The position numbers and the translations under genes are program-made. A stretch of DNA of 64,000 nucleotides, taken from contig JBFWNL010000004.1 of the NCBI GenBank assembly GCA_050251055.1, forward strand, positions 1-64,000, read 5' to 3'. The notes beneath the pieces are model-generated. The model saw only the letters and a program-made list of their open reading frames with translations. It did no database searches and was not told the origin of the DNA. Origin of the DNA: Bacteriovoracia bacterium. Lineage in GTDB: Bacteria > Bdellovibrionota > UBA1018 > JBFWNL01. Below, in pieces: positions 27,676 to 36,439 of this stretch; the first letter of the stretch is position 1; each line of letters opens with the position of its first letter.

Positions 27676-30098
27676 TGAATATGGTGAAGCATTCCTTCAA
27701 CTACCGCCAAATCATTCTCTGGGGGCTGACCCTTTATCTCACGCTCGCCACGCCGTTCGCCTTCGGCAGCAGCTATCAGGACTACGAGCGCGTGAAACGC
27801 GCTTCCGAAACCCAAGTGCGCAACATCGTGCAGCCGCTCGTTTCTAAATACTGCCAAGACCAATGCGAGCTCTTGAACGTCGAGGCGGAAGTAAAGACGG
27901 ATGATCCGGCGGCGATCGCCCCGGGGTTCGAGGACACGGACACCGCTGGCGGCTTACGCCTGGTGCCGGCGGTCGTGCGGGTGAAGCTCTTGATCGACGA
28001 GATGGTCGGCCCCAACCTGCGCCGTAACCTCATTGACCTCATCCATAAGCACCTCAACGCGATGGAATATCCGGTGGCGATCGACACTACGCTCACGCGC
28101 TTCCCGCAACCCTTGAACTCCGCACGCAAGGTCGCTGAGCTGCGGGACAAGGTCACGAAACAATTCAAAGAAACGCTGGGCCAGCTTTTCAACCAATTCT
28201 GTCCTGAGCAATGCCTCCTGGCCGACTATGACATTAAGGTCGAACCGGTTAACTTAGAGGAAACGCAGTACGGTTCCTCGGGCGAATACGTGCAGGACGG
28301 CGACACCGCGATCCGCGTGAAGAAAGTGACCGGCACGGTGCTCCTCGACACGACGCTCACGCCCGACGAGCAAAACAACATCATTGAAATGACGAAGCTC
28401 AAGACGAGCTACCTCAAGAACGTCGAGCTCATGGCCCAAACCATGACGTTTCCGCATCCACTACCGTTCGAAGGCGACGGAAAGCTGGGCGTGGGTCGCG
28501 GAGGGCTGGCGGGCCGCGGGGGCAAGAGCCTCTCGGAATCGCGCTCGCTCGCCTCCAACAGCGACTCCAAGTCGACCTTAAGCAAGCTCGATAAGCAAAA
28601 TTCCACCAGCAACAGCACGAATAGCAACAACAGCACCAACAGCAGCTCGAACAACGTCAACAGCAAGGACGCGATCGAGAAAAATGAAAACGCCACGAAG
28701 AACGAAAAGTTCGAGCGCTACGAGAAGATCGAGCGCGTGGAAGACGGCGATGCCGTTCAAGAACAGCTCAAACGATACGGCCTAATCGCCCTGGTTTTCG
28801 GCTGTTCCGTGGTGGCGCTCATGGTGCTCATGTGGATCGCGCTGGCGCGTCGCAACGACCGCGGTCGCGCGGGCGGACTGCCGCGCTTTATCCAGGGGAT
28901 CACCCCCGAGTTCCTGCAGCCCAAGGCGCCCGCCGCCGGCGATGGCGGCGTCGGATCCGGTCGTGGCGAGCTCATCGCCAAGCGGTACGAGATCGAGCAG
29001 CTTTGCGAAGAGCTTACCAAGGTGTTTGCCGAGCAGCCCAAGGTGGCCAAACACGTCTTTACCCGCATCCTGACCGAAGAGGGCGTCGAAATCACCGCCG
29101 ACTACCTCGCGATCTTTGGCGAAACGATCGTCATGGACATGTTGCGCGATCCGAACCTACAGCGTGACTTGACCGAACTGATGGAGTTCTTCGCGAAGAA
29201 TCAGATTGAGCTCAACGACGACGAGAAACTCGATCGCTTAAAACGGTTGCACAACCGCACGGTCGCTTCGAAGCTGATCGTGATGGGCAAACGTACGTCC
29301 AACTCGTTCGAGTTCCTGTTCGACATGGACAGCCTGCAGGTGTTGGAGCTGATCAAGAACGAATCCGTCACCGTGAAGGCGATCGTCATCACGCAATGCG
29401 ACCCGCAGAAGCGCACGGCTATCTTCAACCATCTGGACGAGCCGACGCGCATGAAGCTCCTGAACGAACTCTCGCGTATCGACTACCTGCCGCGCGACTA
29501 CATCTTCAACGTGGCCAACGCTCTCAAGCGCAAGCGTCAGGACAACCCGAAGCTCAACACGGAAGCCCTGCCGGGATCCGACGTGCTGGTCGGATTGCTC
29601 GAACGCACGCCCTTCGATATTCAACGCAATGTCGTGCAACAGCTCGAAGCCACCAACCCCGACAACGCCCGGGCGGTCAAGAGCAAGCTCGTCAGCATCG
29701 ACACGCTCACGTATCTACGCGATGCCCAGCTGCTCGAGATGGTCATGGGCCTGAAGCATGACGAGCTCCTGCAGTTCCTGAAAGGCGCGCCGAAGCATAT
29801 CTGCGACACGATCTACCGCAAGGCTCCGAAGGAGCTCGTCGAAGAACTCAACGAAGAGTTGGGATCGGTGTCCGAAGTGGGACGCGATGCCTACCAGACC
29901 ATCGAGCGTAAGCTCATCAATCGCATCAAAGTCATGGCCAACGAGGGCCACATCAACCTCGTGGAAACCAACGAGCGGATGTTCACCGATCGGCAAAGCA
30001 ACGTCGAGGCGATCACCCGCGGCGGCCAGGGCGGCGACGGCAACACCGGTGGCATGACGGGCACGGGCGGGCAGTTCAAGAAAGTGGCGGGTTGGTGA
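27675..30098 (+). CDS. FliF-like/FliG-like fusion membrane protein
   Basis: Signal peptide, two repeated CxxxC periplasmic domains resembling FliF ring-building motif 3, one TM, then FliG middle (FEFLFDMDSLQVLELIKNESVTVKAIVI) and C-terminal (LKGAP...NEEL...EGHINL) domains. Confidence 0.75.
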   Translation: MNMVKHSFNYRQIILWGLTLYLTLATPFAFGSSYQDYERVKRASETQVRNIVQPLVSKYCQDQCELLNVEAEVKTDDPAAIAPGFEDTDTAGGLRLVPAVVRVKLLIDEMVGPNLRRNLIDLIHKHLNAMEYPVAIDTTLTRFPQPLNSARKVAELRDKVTKQFKETLGQLFNQFCPEQCLLADYDIKVEPVNLEETQYGSSGEYVQDGDTAIRVKKVTGTVLLDTTLTPDEQNNIIEMTKLKTSYLKNVELMAQTMTFPHPLPFEGDGKLGVGRGGLAGRGGKSLSESRSLASNSDSKSTLSKLDKQNSTSNSTNSNNSTNSSSNNVNSKDAIEKNENATKNEKFERYEKIERVEDGDAVQEQLKRYGLIALVFGCSVVALMVLMWIALARRNDRGRAGGLPRFIQGITPEFLQPKAPAAGDGGVGSGRGELIAKRYEIEQLCEELTKVFAEQPKVAKHVFTRILTEEGVEITADYLAIFGETIVMDMLRDPNLQRDLTELMEFFAKNQIELNDDEKLDRLKRLHNRTVASKLIVMGKRTSNSFEFLFDMDSLQVLELIKNESVTVKAIVITQCDPQKRTAIFNHLDEPTRMKLLNELSRIDYLPRDYIFNVANALKRKRQDNPKLNTEALPGSDVLVGLLERTPFDIQRNVVQQLEATNPDNARAVKSKLVSIDTLTYLRDAQLLEMVMGLKHDELLQFLKGAPKHICDTIYRKAPKELVEELNEELGSVSEVGRDAYQTIERKLINRIKVMANEGHINLVETNERMFTDRQSNVEAITRGGQGGDGNTGGMTGTGGQFKKVAGW

Positions 30099-30613
30099 TG
30101 ATCGAAATAACGCCTACCGTCGAGTTATTGAAAGAGATCAATCTGTTCGCCTCGTTCAATGAGCACGAGCTGAACGAGATCTTGCGTACCGGTGAATCAA
30201 AGGTATTCGAGGCCTATAGCAACGTGGTCATCGAAGGCGAGCTGAGCTGGGGGCTTTACATTATTTTGGAAGGCACGGTCGGCATCTTCAAGAATAGCGC
30301 GACCGCGAAGGATATTACCTACGATATCGGCCAGCTAAAGAAAGGCAGCTTCTTCGGGGAGATGTCGCTCGTCGACGAGAATCCGCGCTCGGCCACCGTT
30401 CGCGCGCTTACCGAATGTCAGCTTTTTTTCATCTCCAAGGAAAGCTTCTCCGCCTTCCTGGACCGGTCCGGCGACGGAAAAAACCGGTTTTACGAACGAT
30501 GCGTGAAAATCCTGGTTGGCCGTTTGCGCGAGCTGAACGACAACTACGTCATCAGCCAGTACCAGCTGTGGAAGACCGCGCTGGAGAAAGATAAAGAAGA
30601 GGAAGTAGCCTAA
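30098..30613 (+). CDS. Stand-alone cyclic-nucleotide-binding domain protein
   Basis: LYIILEGTVGI, GSFFGEMSLVDENPRSATVRAL; no CRP HTH; TGATG overlap with the upstream gene. Confidence 0.9.
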   Translation: MIEITPTVELLKEINLFASFNEHELNEILRTGESKVFEAYSNVVIEGELSWGLYIILEGTVGIFKNSATAKDITYDIGQLKKGSFFGEMSLVDENPRSATVRALTECQLFFISKESFSAFLDRSGDGKNRFYERCVKILVGRLRELNDNYVISQYQLWKTALEKDKEEEVA

Positions 30614-31398
30614 TGAATATCTCATCTTTATTCGGCGTATTGTTGGGTATCGGGGTCGTCTACTCATCGCTCCACGAGAGCGGCATGGACATGATCTTCT
30701 TCCTGAACTTTCACGGGGTGGTCATCGTTTGCGGCGGCACCCTTGCCGCTGCCAGCATCAGCTTTCCCATGACGAAGATCGTCTCGCTATTGAAAGTATT
30801 TTTCCTGCGCGTGCTGGGCCGCAACCGGATTGACTACCAAGGCACGATCGAACAGATCTTGGATTTGAATAAAAAAGTTAGCATCGGTAGTGCCGCGTTG
30901 AAGGACGTAATTCAGACCATCAAGCACCCTTTCTTAAAGGAAGCCGTGGGCCTGGTCGCCACCGGCGTGCTCACCGAGCGCGAAATTCGCACCGTGCTCG
31001 AGCAGCGCATTAAAACGATGGAATCGCGCTACTTGCACGAAGCCAACATGTTCAAGGCCATCGGCAAGTTTCCGCCGGCCTTCGGGCTGCTCGCCACCAC
31101 GCTCGGCATGATCGCGCTTTTGCAGCAGATGGGAAAACCGGGCAGCGAAAAGCTCATCGGACCGGCCATGTCCATCGGGTTGATCGGCACCCTATACGGG
31201 ATCGCGCTCACGAACCTAGTCTTTCTCCCGATCGCGGAAAACCTCACCGAACGCACCGAGGAAGAAATGGTGCTGCGCCGGATGATCGTCGAAGGGGCCG
31301 TGCTGCTCAAAGCCCAAACCAATCCGTTGGCCCTGCGCGAAAACCTCAACTCGTTCCTGGCTCCAAAGGACCGGGTTACCCGCAAGTCAGCGGCCTAA
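30613..31398 (+). CDS. motA: MotA-family stator subunit
   Basis: IVCGGT, HPFLKEAV, PPAFGLLATTLGMI, GPAMSIGLIGTLYG, FLPIAENL. Confidence 0.92.
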   Translation: MNISSLFGVLLGIGVVYSSLHESGMDMIFFLNFHGVVIVCGGTLAAASISFPMTKIVSLLKVFFLRVLGRNRIDYQGTIEQILDLNKKVSIGSAALKDVIQTIKHPFLKEAVGLVATGVLTEREIRTVLEQRIKTMESRYLHEANMFKAIGKFPPAFGLLATTLGMIALLQQMGKPGSEKLIGPAMSIGLIGTLYGIALTNLVFLPIAENLTERTEEEMVLRRMIVEGAVLLKAQTNPLALRENLNSFLAPKDRVTRKSAA

Positions 31399-31416
31399 GG
31401 GGCATAAGGAGCAGCG

Positions 31417-32232
31417 ATGGCCGTTAACGATTTCCTGAAAGCCGCCAAGCAGATTCAGGAAGAAGAAAAAAAGAAACAAGATCCGCCCAAAAAAGGGGGC
31501 CACGACGACGAGTCGAACTGGCTGATTTCCTACGCGGACATGATGACCTTGCTTTGCGGATTCTTCATCATGCTTTTCAGCATGTCTAGCCTAAGCAAAC
31601 CGAAATACGAGGCCGCCGCGAAGGAGATTTCGGAGCACTTCGGCGCGGTGAAGCAGGACGAAGTGCCGAATCCAGAGCTCGTGAACGAGATGAAAAAAGT
31701 CATCCACGAATCCCATCTAGACAAGGAGGTGAAAGTCACCTCCACCCAAGAGGGGGTCACGATCGTATTCGCTTCTACCGTGCTCTTTAACTCGATGAGC
31801 TCTTACATCCGCGAGGACGGGCGCACGGTGCTGAATCAGCTCATCGGCACGATCAAAGGGCAGCAAGAAAAGGGCGATGAACGTTTTAAGATCGTAGTGG
31901 AAGGCCATACCGACGCGCAACCCATCTTGAGCGGAATCTATCCGTCTAACTGGGAGCTTTCTAGCGCACGCGCCACGAAGGTGGTCCGCATGTTTCATGA
32001 CGAAGGCTTCGATCCCGCTCGCCTCATGGCGATCGGCTACGCCGACTCGCGTCCCGAAGCTAAGAACCGCACGCTGGCGGGCGCCTGGGACGAAGAAGCT
32101 CTGAAAAAAAACCGCCGCGTCGTCATCCACGTTTTCGATCCCAGCGTCGACTCCATTCCTTGGCGCGAAAAAACCGCCGCCCCGCCGCCGCGCGCCGCTG
32201 CATCTTCTGGCCCGGCAGAATCTGCCCATTGA
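31417..32232 (+). CDS. motB: MotB-family stator subunit
   Basis: WLISYADMMTLLCGFFIMLFSMS with the conserved Asp; OmpA-like domain VEGHTD, NWELSSARA, GYADSRP, NRRV. Confidence 0.93.
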   Translation: MAVNDFLKAAKQIQEEEKKKQDPPKKGGHDDESNWLISYADMMTLLCGFFIMLFSMSSLSKPKYEAAAKEISEHFGAVKQDEVPNPELVNEMKKVIHESHLDKEVKVTSTQEGVTIVFASTVLFNSMSSYIREDGRTVLNQLIGTIKGQQEKGDERFKIVVEGHTDAQPILSGIYPSNWELSSARATKVVRMFHDEGFDPARLMAIGYADSRPEAKNRTLAGAWDEEALKKNRRVVIHVFDPSVDSIPWREKTAAPPPRAAASSGPAESAH

Positions 32233-32279
32233 ACTAACCCAGTCCCCCTGGAAATCTAGACAGTGGGAGACTGAAAAAT

Positions 32280-33314
32280 ATGCGTTGGAATTGCCCTCAC
32301 TGTGGAACCACGTTGACCGTATCGGACGATAAGGTAGGCGAGAACTGGTCGTTTTCACGTTGCTACTCTTGCCAAGGCTTCGCGCTGGTGAGGAAATCGC
32401 AGGTCAGCATCATTAAAGTTCATCAACCTCCCTCCGGCGAGCAGTACATCGTCACCACTCATCAGCAGGAGCAGGCTTCCGCGACCCACTCCCAAACGCA
32501 TCACGACGCACGCCCCGCCGCCCGCCCCGTCGTGCGACCCGTGGTTCGCCAACCGGCGGCCCTGCCCCCGCCGATCGAAGTCGCGCCCGTCATGCACCAG
32601 GCTCCTTCTATGCATATGGCCGTTCCCCTGGCGGCCCCGACTGCTCCCAGCCCTACGAAAACGCAGATGTTCACCATATCCGATGGCACGGGCGCCGAGA
32701 CGATCACCGTCGCCGCGACTACCTCTAGTCCACGCCGAAAAATGCCGGCCGCGCTCGTACCCATTGGTATCGGGCTTGCGGGCGCTATCGCCATATCGTC
32801 GGGAGTTTATCTCTATCAGCAAGGCCAGGCCTTGTTTCAACTGGCGCAAAAACCGATCGCAGCGGAATCCCCCACGGAAATGCAGGTGGCGCGATTGCAA
32901 GCCCCCCCCTCGCTCGATCGCATCCCGCAAAGCGCGATGGCGCCCGAGCGCGTGACCGAAATCCGCAGCCTGCCTAAAATCGAGCGCATCGATCCTCCCG
33001 AAGTCCGTCCGGCGGCCCCGATCGCGATCACCAAGCGCGTAGAAGAAAAGCGAGAGGAGTCGGACGACACCCCGGCCATCGAGCCGCGCCCCACCGCGGT
33101 GCAGGTCAAAAACAGTTACGCGAATCTCCGCGCCGGCCCTAGCCTCGAGCATCCCATCGTGGGCGTGGCCGAACCCGGCACGATCTACCTGATCAAGACC
33201 TGGGAGGGGCGCTGGTTCAACATCGTGCCCGAAGATCCCGCGCAGGCGGCGCTTCAAAAGAAATCGATGTGGGTGCGTAATGACCTGGTGGAGACCCTCG
33301 TCTCCACGAATTAA
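32280..33314 (+). CDS. Zinc-ribbon / single TM / SH3b protein
   Basis: CPHC...CYSC N-terminus, Pro-rich linker, TM LVPIGIGLAGAIAISSGVYLY, ANLRAGPSLEHPIVG SH3b. Confidence 0.75.
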   Translation: MRWNCPHCGTTLTVSDDKVGENWSFSRCYSCQGFALVRKSQVSIIKVHQPPSGEQYIVTTHQQEQASATHSQTHHDARPAARPVVRPVVRQPAALPPPIEVAPVMHQAPSMHMAVPLAAPTAPSPTKTQMFTISDGTGAETITVAATTSSPRRKMPAALVPIGIGLAGAIAISSGVYLYQQGQALFQLAQKPIAAESPTEMQVARLQAPPSLDRIPQSAMAPERVTEIRSLPKIERIDPPEVRPAAPIAITKRVEEKREESDDTPAIEPRPTAVQVKNSYANLRAGPSLEHPIVGVAEPGTIYLIKTWEGRWFNIVPEDPAQAALQKKSMWVRNDLVETLVSTN

Positions 33315-33319
33315 GTCGC

Positions 33320-34798
33320 CTAGCGATCCAACCCGATGGGTTCGCAACGCCAAAGGGTCAGCGTTTTCGCCGGAAAGTTTAAACGCCGAAACTCACGCGC
33401 CAGCCGCGGCTGGCAATTTGCCTCGAGAAACCGGGGCGGCTCCGCGTAACGATTGTCCGCCACATAATAAACCGGCTTCAATAGCTTCGGCCATTCGGGG
33501 CCCCATCCGCTCACGGCTTCCGTTTCCGGCCACTCGTCACGCTCGCGAGCGGGGCGCGGAACGCGGGCGACGCCTTCCACGCGCTTGAGCGCGAAGGCCG
33601 CTTGGGCGGCCGTTTGGTACCGGCTCGCTAAGACCACCGGCTCCGTTTCGTCCGGCGCGGCTTCCGCCAGCATCTCGCCAAAGCCCGCCCAACCGACGAG
33701 ATCGTTACTGACGTCCCATTTCGGTTCCAGCTCCTTGCCACTGAAAGTGCGCGAACTCCAAGCCATGAGTGGCAGCTGACAGGAAAGCAAGATAACGACG
33801 ACCCAGCCCAAACCGTAAGCGGCCTGCAGCCGCGGCCACAGGCCATCGACTTCTGACTTTTCAGTCATGCGGCCAATGGCTTCCAAGGCGAGCGGCAGCC
33901 ACGCCGCAAAGATCCAATGCGGTTTAAAATCCGAAAAAAGCGGCTGAATCGCGTAGGCGAGCAGGGGCGGCAAGGCCCAAGCCCACGCGAAGCGCGAGAC
34001 GCGCTCACCCGCGCGTGCGCGGCGCAGGCCGCGCAAAAAAAACCAGACCAACGCCGGTCCGAGCAGCACGAGCTGCAGGATCCAAAAACGCCCGAAGCGC
34101 GCCCAGGAAAGCCCCGTCCCACCATGTCGCTCTTTCATTTGATAAGCGAGCGCGGCCCAGTCGTGGGCGGAATTCCAAAGCACCGTGGGCAAAAGGCCGA
34201 TCGCCGTAGCCACGAGCATTACTCCCAGCCCTGGCGCGCGGGAGCCGGGACGGGAAAAAATCAGGGCGCAAAGCACCGCCGACGCGGCCACCGCCCCCCC
34301 GGAAAGCTTCGCCCACATCGCGATCACGATCCCCGTCGCCAGCCACCCAAAATGCCACCGAGACGACGATCCCGCGGCGATTTCCCAAGCTCCGTTCATC
34401 GCCAGCAGGACGCCCGCGAAGAGCGGCAGATCCGGCACCGCCATCCAGGCAAATCCGTAGAGAAAAGTCGTCCCCAGCCACGCGGCCACCAGCCAGCCCG
34501 GCGACACCGGCACGAACGCGCGCAAAATCCAACGCAACCCCAGGAAGAAAATCAGCGCCGCGTAGACCGCCGACACCAGCCGCACGGAGATTTCGGCCGA
34601 AACCAACCGCTCCGCCAACCAAATCGACCAGACGATGGCGGGCGGGTGGTAGGCGAACCCCCAGTCGGGCCGCTGCGCGAGCACCCAGTAATAAGCTTCG
34701 TCGTCTGAGAGCCCGAACGAATTCCCGAAGATGAGGTAGAAACCAAAGACCCCAAGCGTGGACCAGGCCAGCCAACGCGGCAGAGGGGCGATGCGCAT
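33320..34798 (-). CDS. ArnT/PMT-like membrane glycosyltransferase (GT-C)
   Basis: DDEAYYW, YHPP, PDLP, multiple TMs, WNSAHDW. Confidence 0.85.
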   Translation of the reverse strand: MRIAPLPRWLAWSTLGVFGFYLIFGNSFGLSDDEAYYWVLAQRPDWGFAYHPPAIVWSIWLAERLVSAEISVRLVSAVYAALIFFLGLRWILRAFVPVSPGWLVAAWLGTTFLYGFAWMAVPDLPLFAGVLLAMNGAWEIAAGSSSRWHFGWLATGIVIAMWAKLSGGAVAASAVLCALIFSRPGSRAPGLGVMLVATAIGLLPTVLWNSAHDWAALAYQMKERHGGTGLSWARFGRFWILQLVLLGPALVWFFLRGLRRARAGERVSRFAWAWALPPLLAYAIQPLFSDFKPHWIFAAWLPLALEAIGRMTEKSEVDGLWPRLQAAYGLGWVVVILLSCQLPLMAWSSRTFSGKELEPKWDVSNDLVGWAGFGEMLAEAAPDETEPVVLASRYQTAAQAAFALKRVEGVARVPRPARERDEWPETEAVSGWGPEWPKLLKPVYYVADNRYAEPPRFLEANCQPRLAREFRRLNFPAKTLTLWRCEPIGLDR

Positions 34799-35722
34799 TT
34801 AACTTCTACCGGCCACCGGATCCGGCGTCTTCACTTGCGGATCCGGAACGCGGAACTGAATAACGGTCTCGATGCCGGAGAGGAAGTGATTCCAGTACTC
34901 TTCGGCCCGCTGCGGATTGGTCGACGGGAGCTCCAGGGTAAGCGTGGGAATGCCGCGCTCTTGGCCGGTGTAATTTCCGAGCGAACCTGGATAAAAACCG
35001 CCCGAGTGGGCGTTCACGTGCTGCCGCAGCTGCAGGCACTTCGTTACGTACTCGGAAGGGAACTTCGCGAGCGCAAGCACGTCGGGGCCGTCATAGTCCA
35101 TGAAATTCAGTGGCGAATGCACGGAGATGATCTTATTGGGCTTGTACTCGGAAATCAGCTTCGCCTGGAACTGCGTTTCCGGCTCTGACTCGGCTTGCTT
35201 GCCGGGAAAATAACGGGGATCCGCGCGATACTTCTTCTTCCACATCCTGGTCGCATCCTTCGCCCAGTCCGCGGTATTGAAATTACGGTTCACATCCACT
35301 TTGTTCGCATTCGTGCGCGTCCGCGGGTGGCGATAAAAGCCGTCCGGATTCACCAGCGGGGCGATCACGATGCGCGTTCCCGGGTATTTGGAAGTGTTCG
35401 CCTCCAGCCAATCCATCAGGCGCAGACCCAGGAAGAGCGGAGTGGTTTCGTCGCCGTGGACCATCGAAAATACGAGCGTGGTGTTCTTCGCGTTCGGATC
35501 GCCGAACTCACGGAAAACCAACGGGCGCCCCTTCACCGAACGCCCTCCCACGCGCATGTCCTTAAATTGGCAGGCGTCGAGCTTCCACTTGAATTTCTTG
35601 AGCTCCGGGTTCAGCTCCTGGCACCACTTCTTCAGATCCTCGTCGGCCCCGATCATCGCGGAACCCGTGAGGGAAACCAGCATGGCCACGGCCAGCGCGG
35701 CGCCCGGCAGTCGCCGCTTCAT
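34799..35722 (-). CDS. M14 zinc carboxypeptidase (murein peptide amidase MpaA-like), exported
   Basis: GRSVKGRPL, HGDE, NPDG, VDVNRNF, SEPET, SVHS, TLELP; ATGA overlap with dedA. Confidence 0.88.
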   Translation of the reverse strand: MKRRLPGAALAVAMLVSLTGSAMIGADEDLKKWCQELNPELKKFKWKLDACQFKDMRVGGRSVKGRPLVFREFGDPNAKNTTLVFSMVHGDETTPLFLGLRLMDWLEANTSKYPGTRIVIAPLVNPDGFYRHPRTRTNANKVDVNRNFNTADWAKDATRMWKKKYRADPRYFPGKQAESEPETQFQAKLISEYKPNKIISVHSPLNFMDYDGPDVLALAKFPSEYVTKCLQLRQHVNAHSGGFYPGSLGNYTGQERGIPTLTLELPSTNPQRAEEYWNHFLSGIETVIQFRVPDPQVKTPDPVAGRS

Positions 35723-36348
35723 GGCTTCACCACCCGTTGGCTGCGGGAATTGAGGTACCATTTCAAGGTGAGGATCAACGCCACCGAGATGATCACGAAG
35801 ATGATCCCGTGCTCGACCCGGCGGATCACTTTAATAATGTGATCGACTTCGTCGCCAAAATAATAAACGGAGTAGACGATGGCGGGCACGCTGATCAGCG
35901 AAGCCAAACCATCGTAGAAGAAAAAGATCCGGAACGGCAGGTGCAGGGTGCCGGCGGAGAAAAAGATCGGCATGCGCAACCCCGGCATGAAACGCGCGGC
36001 GAAGATCACCTTGTTGCCCTGGTTGTGGAGTTTCTTCTGGACCATGTCCAAGCGCTCCGGAGGCAGCAGCTTCCGGAAGAGCCAAAACCGGTTCACCAGC
36101 TTGCGGCCGTGTTTGTGCCCTAGGTAAAAAATCGCGCTATCGCCCAGCAGCACACCCACCAAAGAGATGAGAACCATTACAAAAACATTCGACTCTTCCG
36201 GGAACAAATGGGCGTAGTAACCCGCGCCGAACAACACGATGTCCTCGGGAACGGGCAAGCCAAAACCGCAAGCCAGGAGCGTCCCGAATAGAAGCAGGTA
36301 CGCGTTCGTCCCGGAGATGTTGAACATGAAGTCGACTAGCTTATCCAT
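35719..36348 (-). CDS. dedA: DedA family membrane protein
   Basis: GFGLPVPED, LLGDSAIFYLG, ARFMPGLR. Confidence 0.9.
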   Translation of the reverse strand: MDKLVDFMFNISGTNAYLLLFGTLLACGFGLPVPEDIVLFGAGYYAHLFPEESNVFVMVLISLVGVLLGDSAIFYLGHKHGRKLVNRFWLFRKLLPPERLDMVQKKLHNQGNKVIFAARFMPGLRMPIFFSAGTLHLPFRIFFFYDGLASLISVPAIVYSVYYFGDEVDHIIKVIRRVEHGIIFVIISVALILTLKWYLNSRSQRVVKP

Positions 36349-36439
36349 ATAGAAAACGTCCGCAAAAGACGGCGGAAATCAGTATTCCACTAGGCGCGAA
36401 AATCGGGGAGGAAAAAAGCGAACGAATCAATATACTCGG

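Noticed and set aside
28530-28700. AAC/AGC-rich tract as a DNA repeat element
   Set aside because: It simply encodes the Ser/Asn-rich linker of the 807-aa protein
30613-32232. Zorya (ZorAB) defence system or ExbBD/TolQR
   Set aside because: MotA lacks the long ZorA tail, there is no ZorC/D/E, motifs are flagellar-stator type, and a FliG-like partner is adjacent
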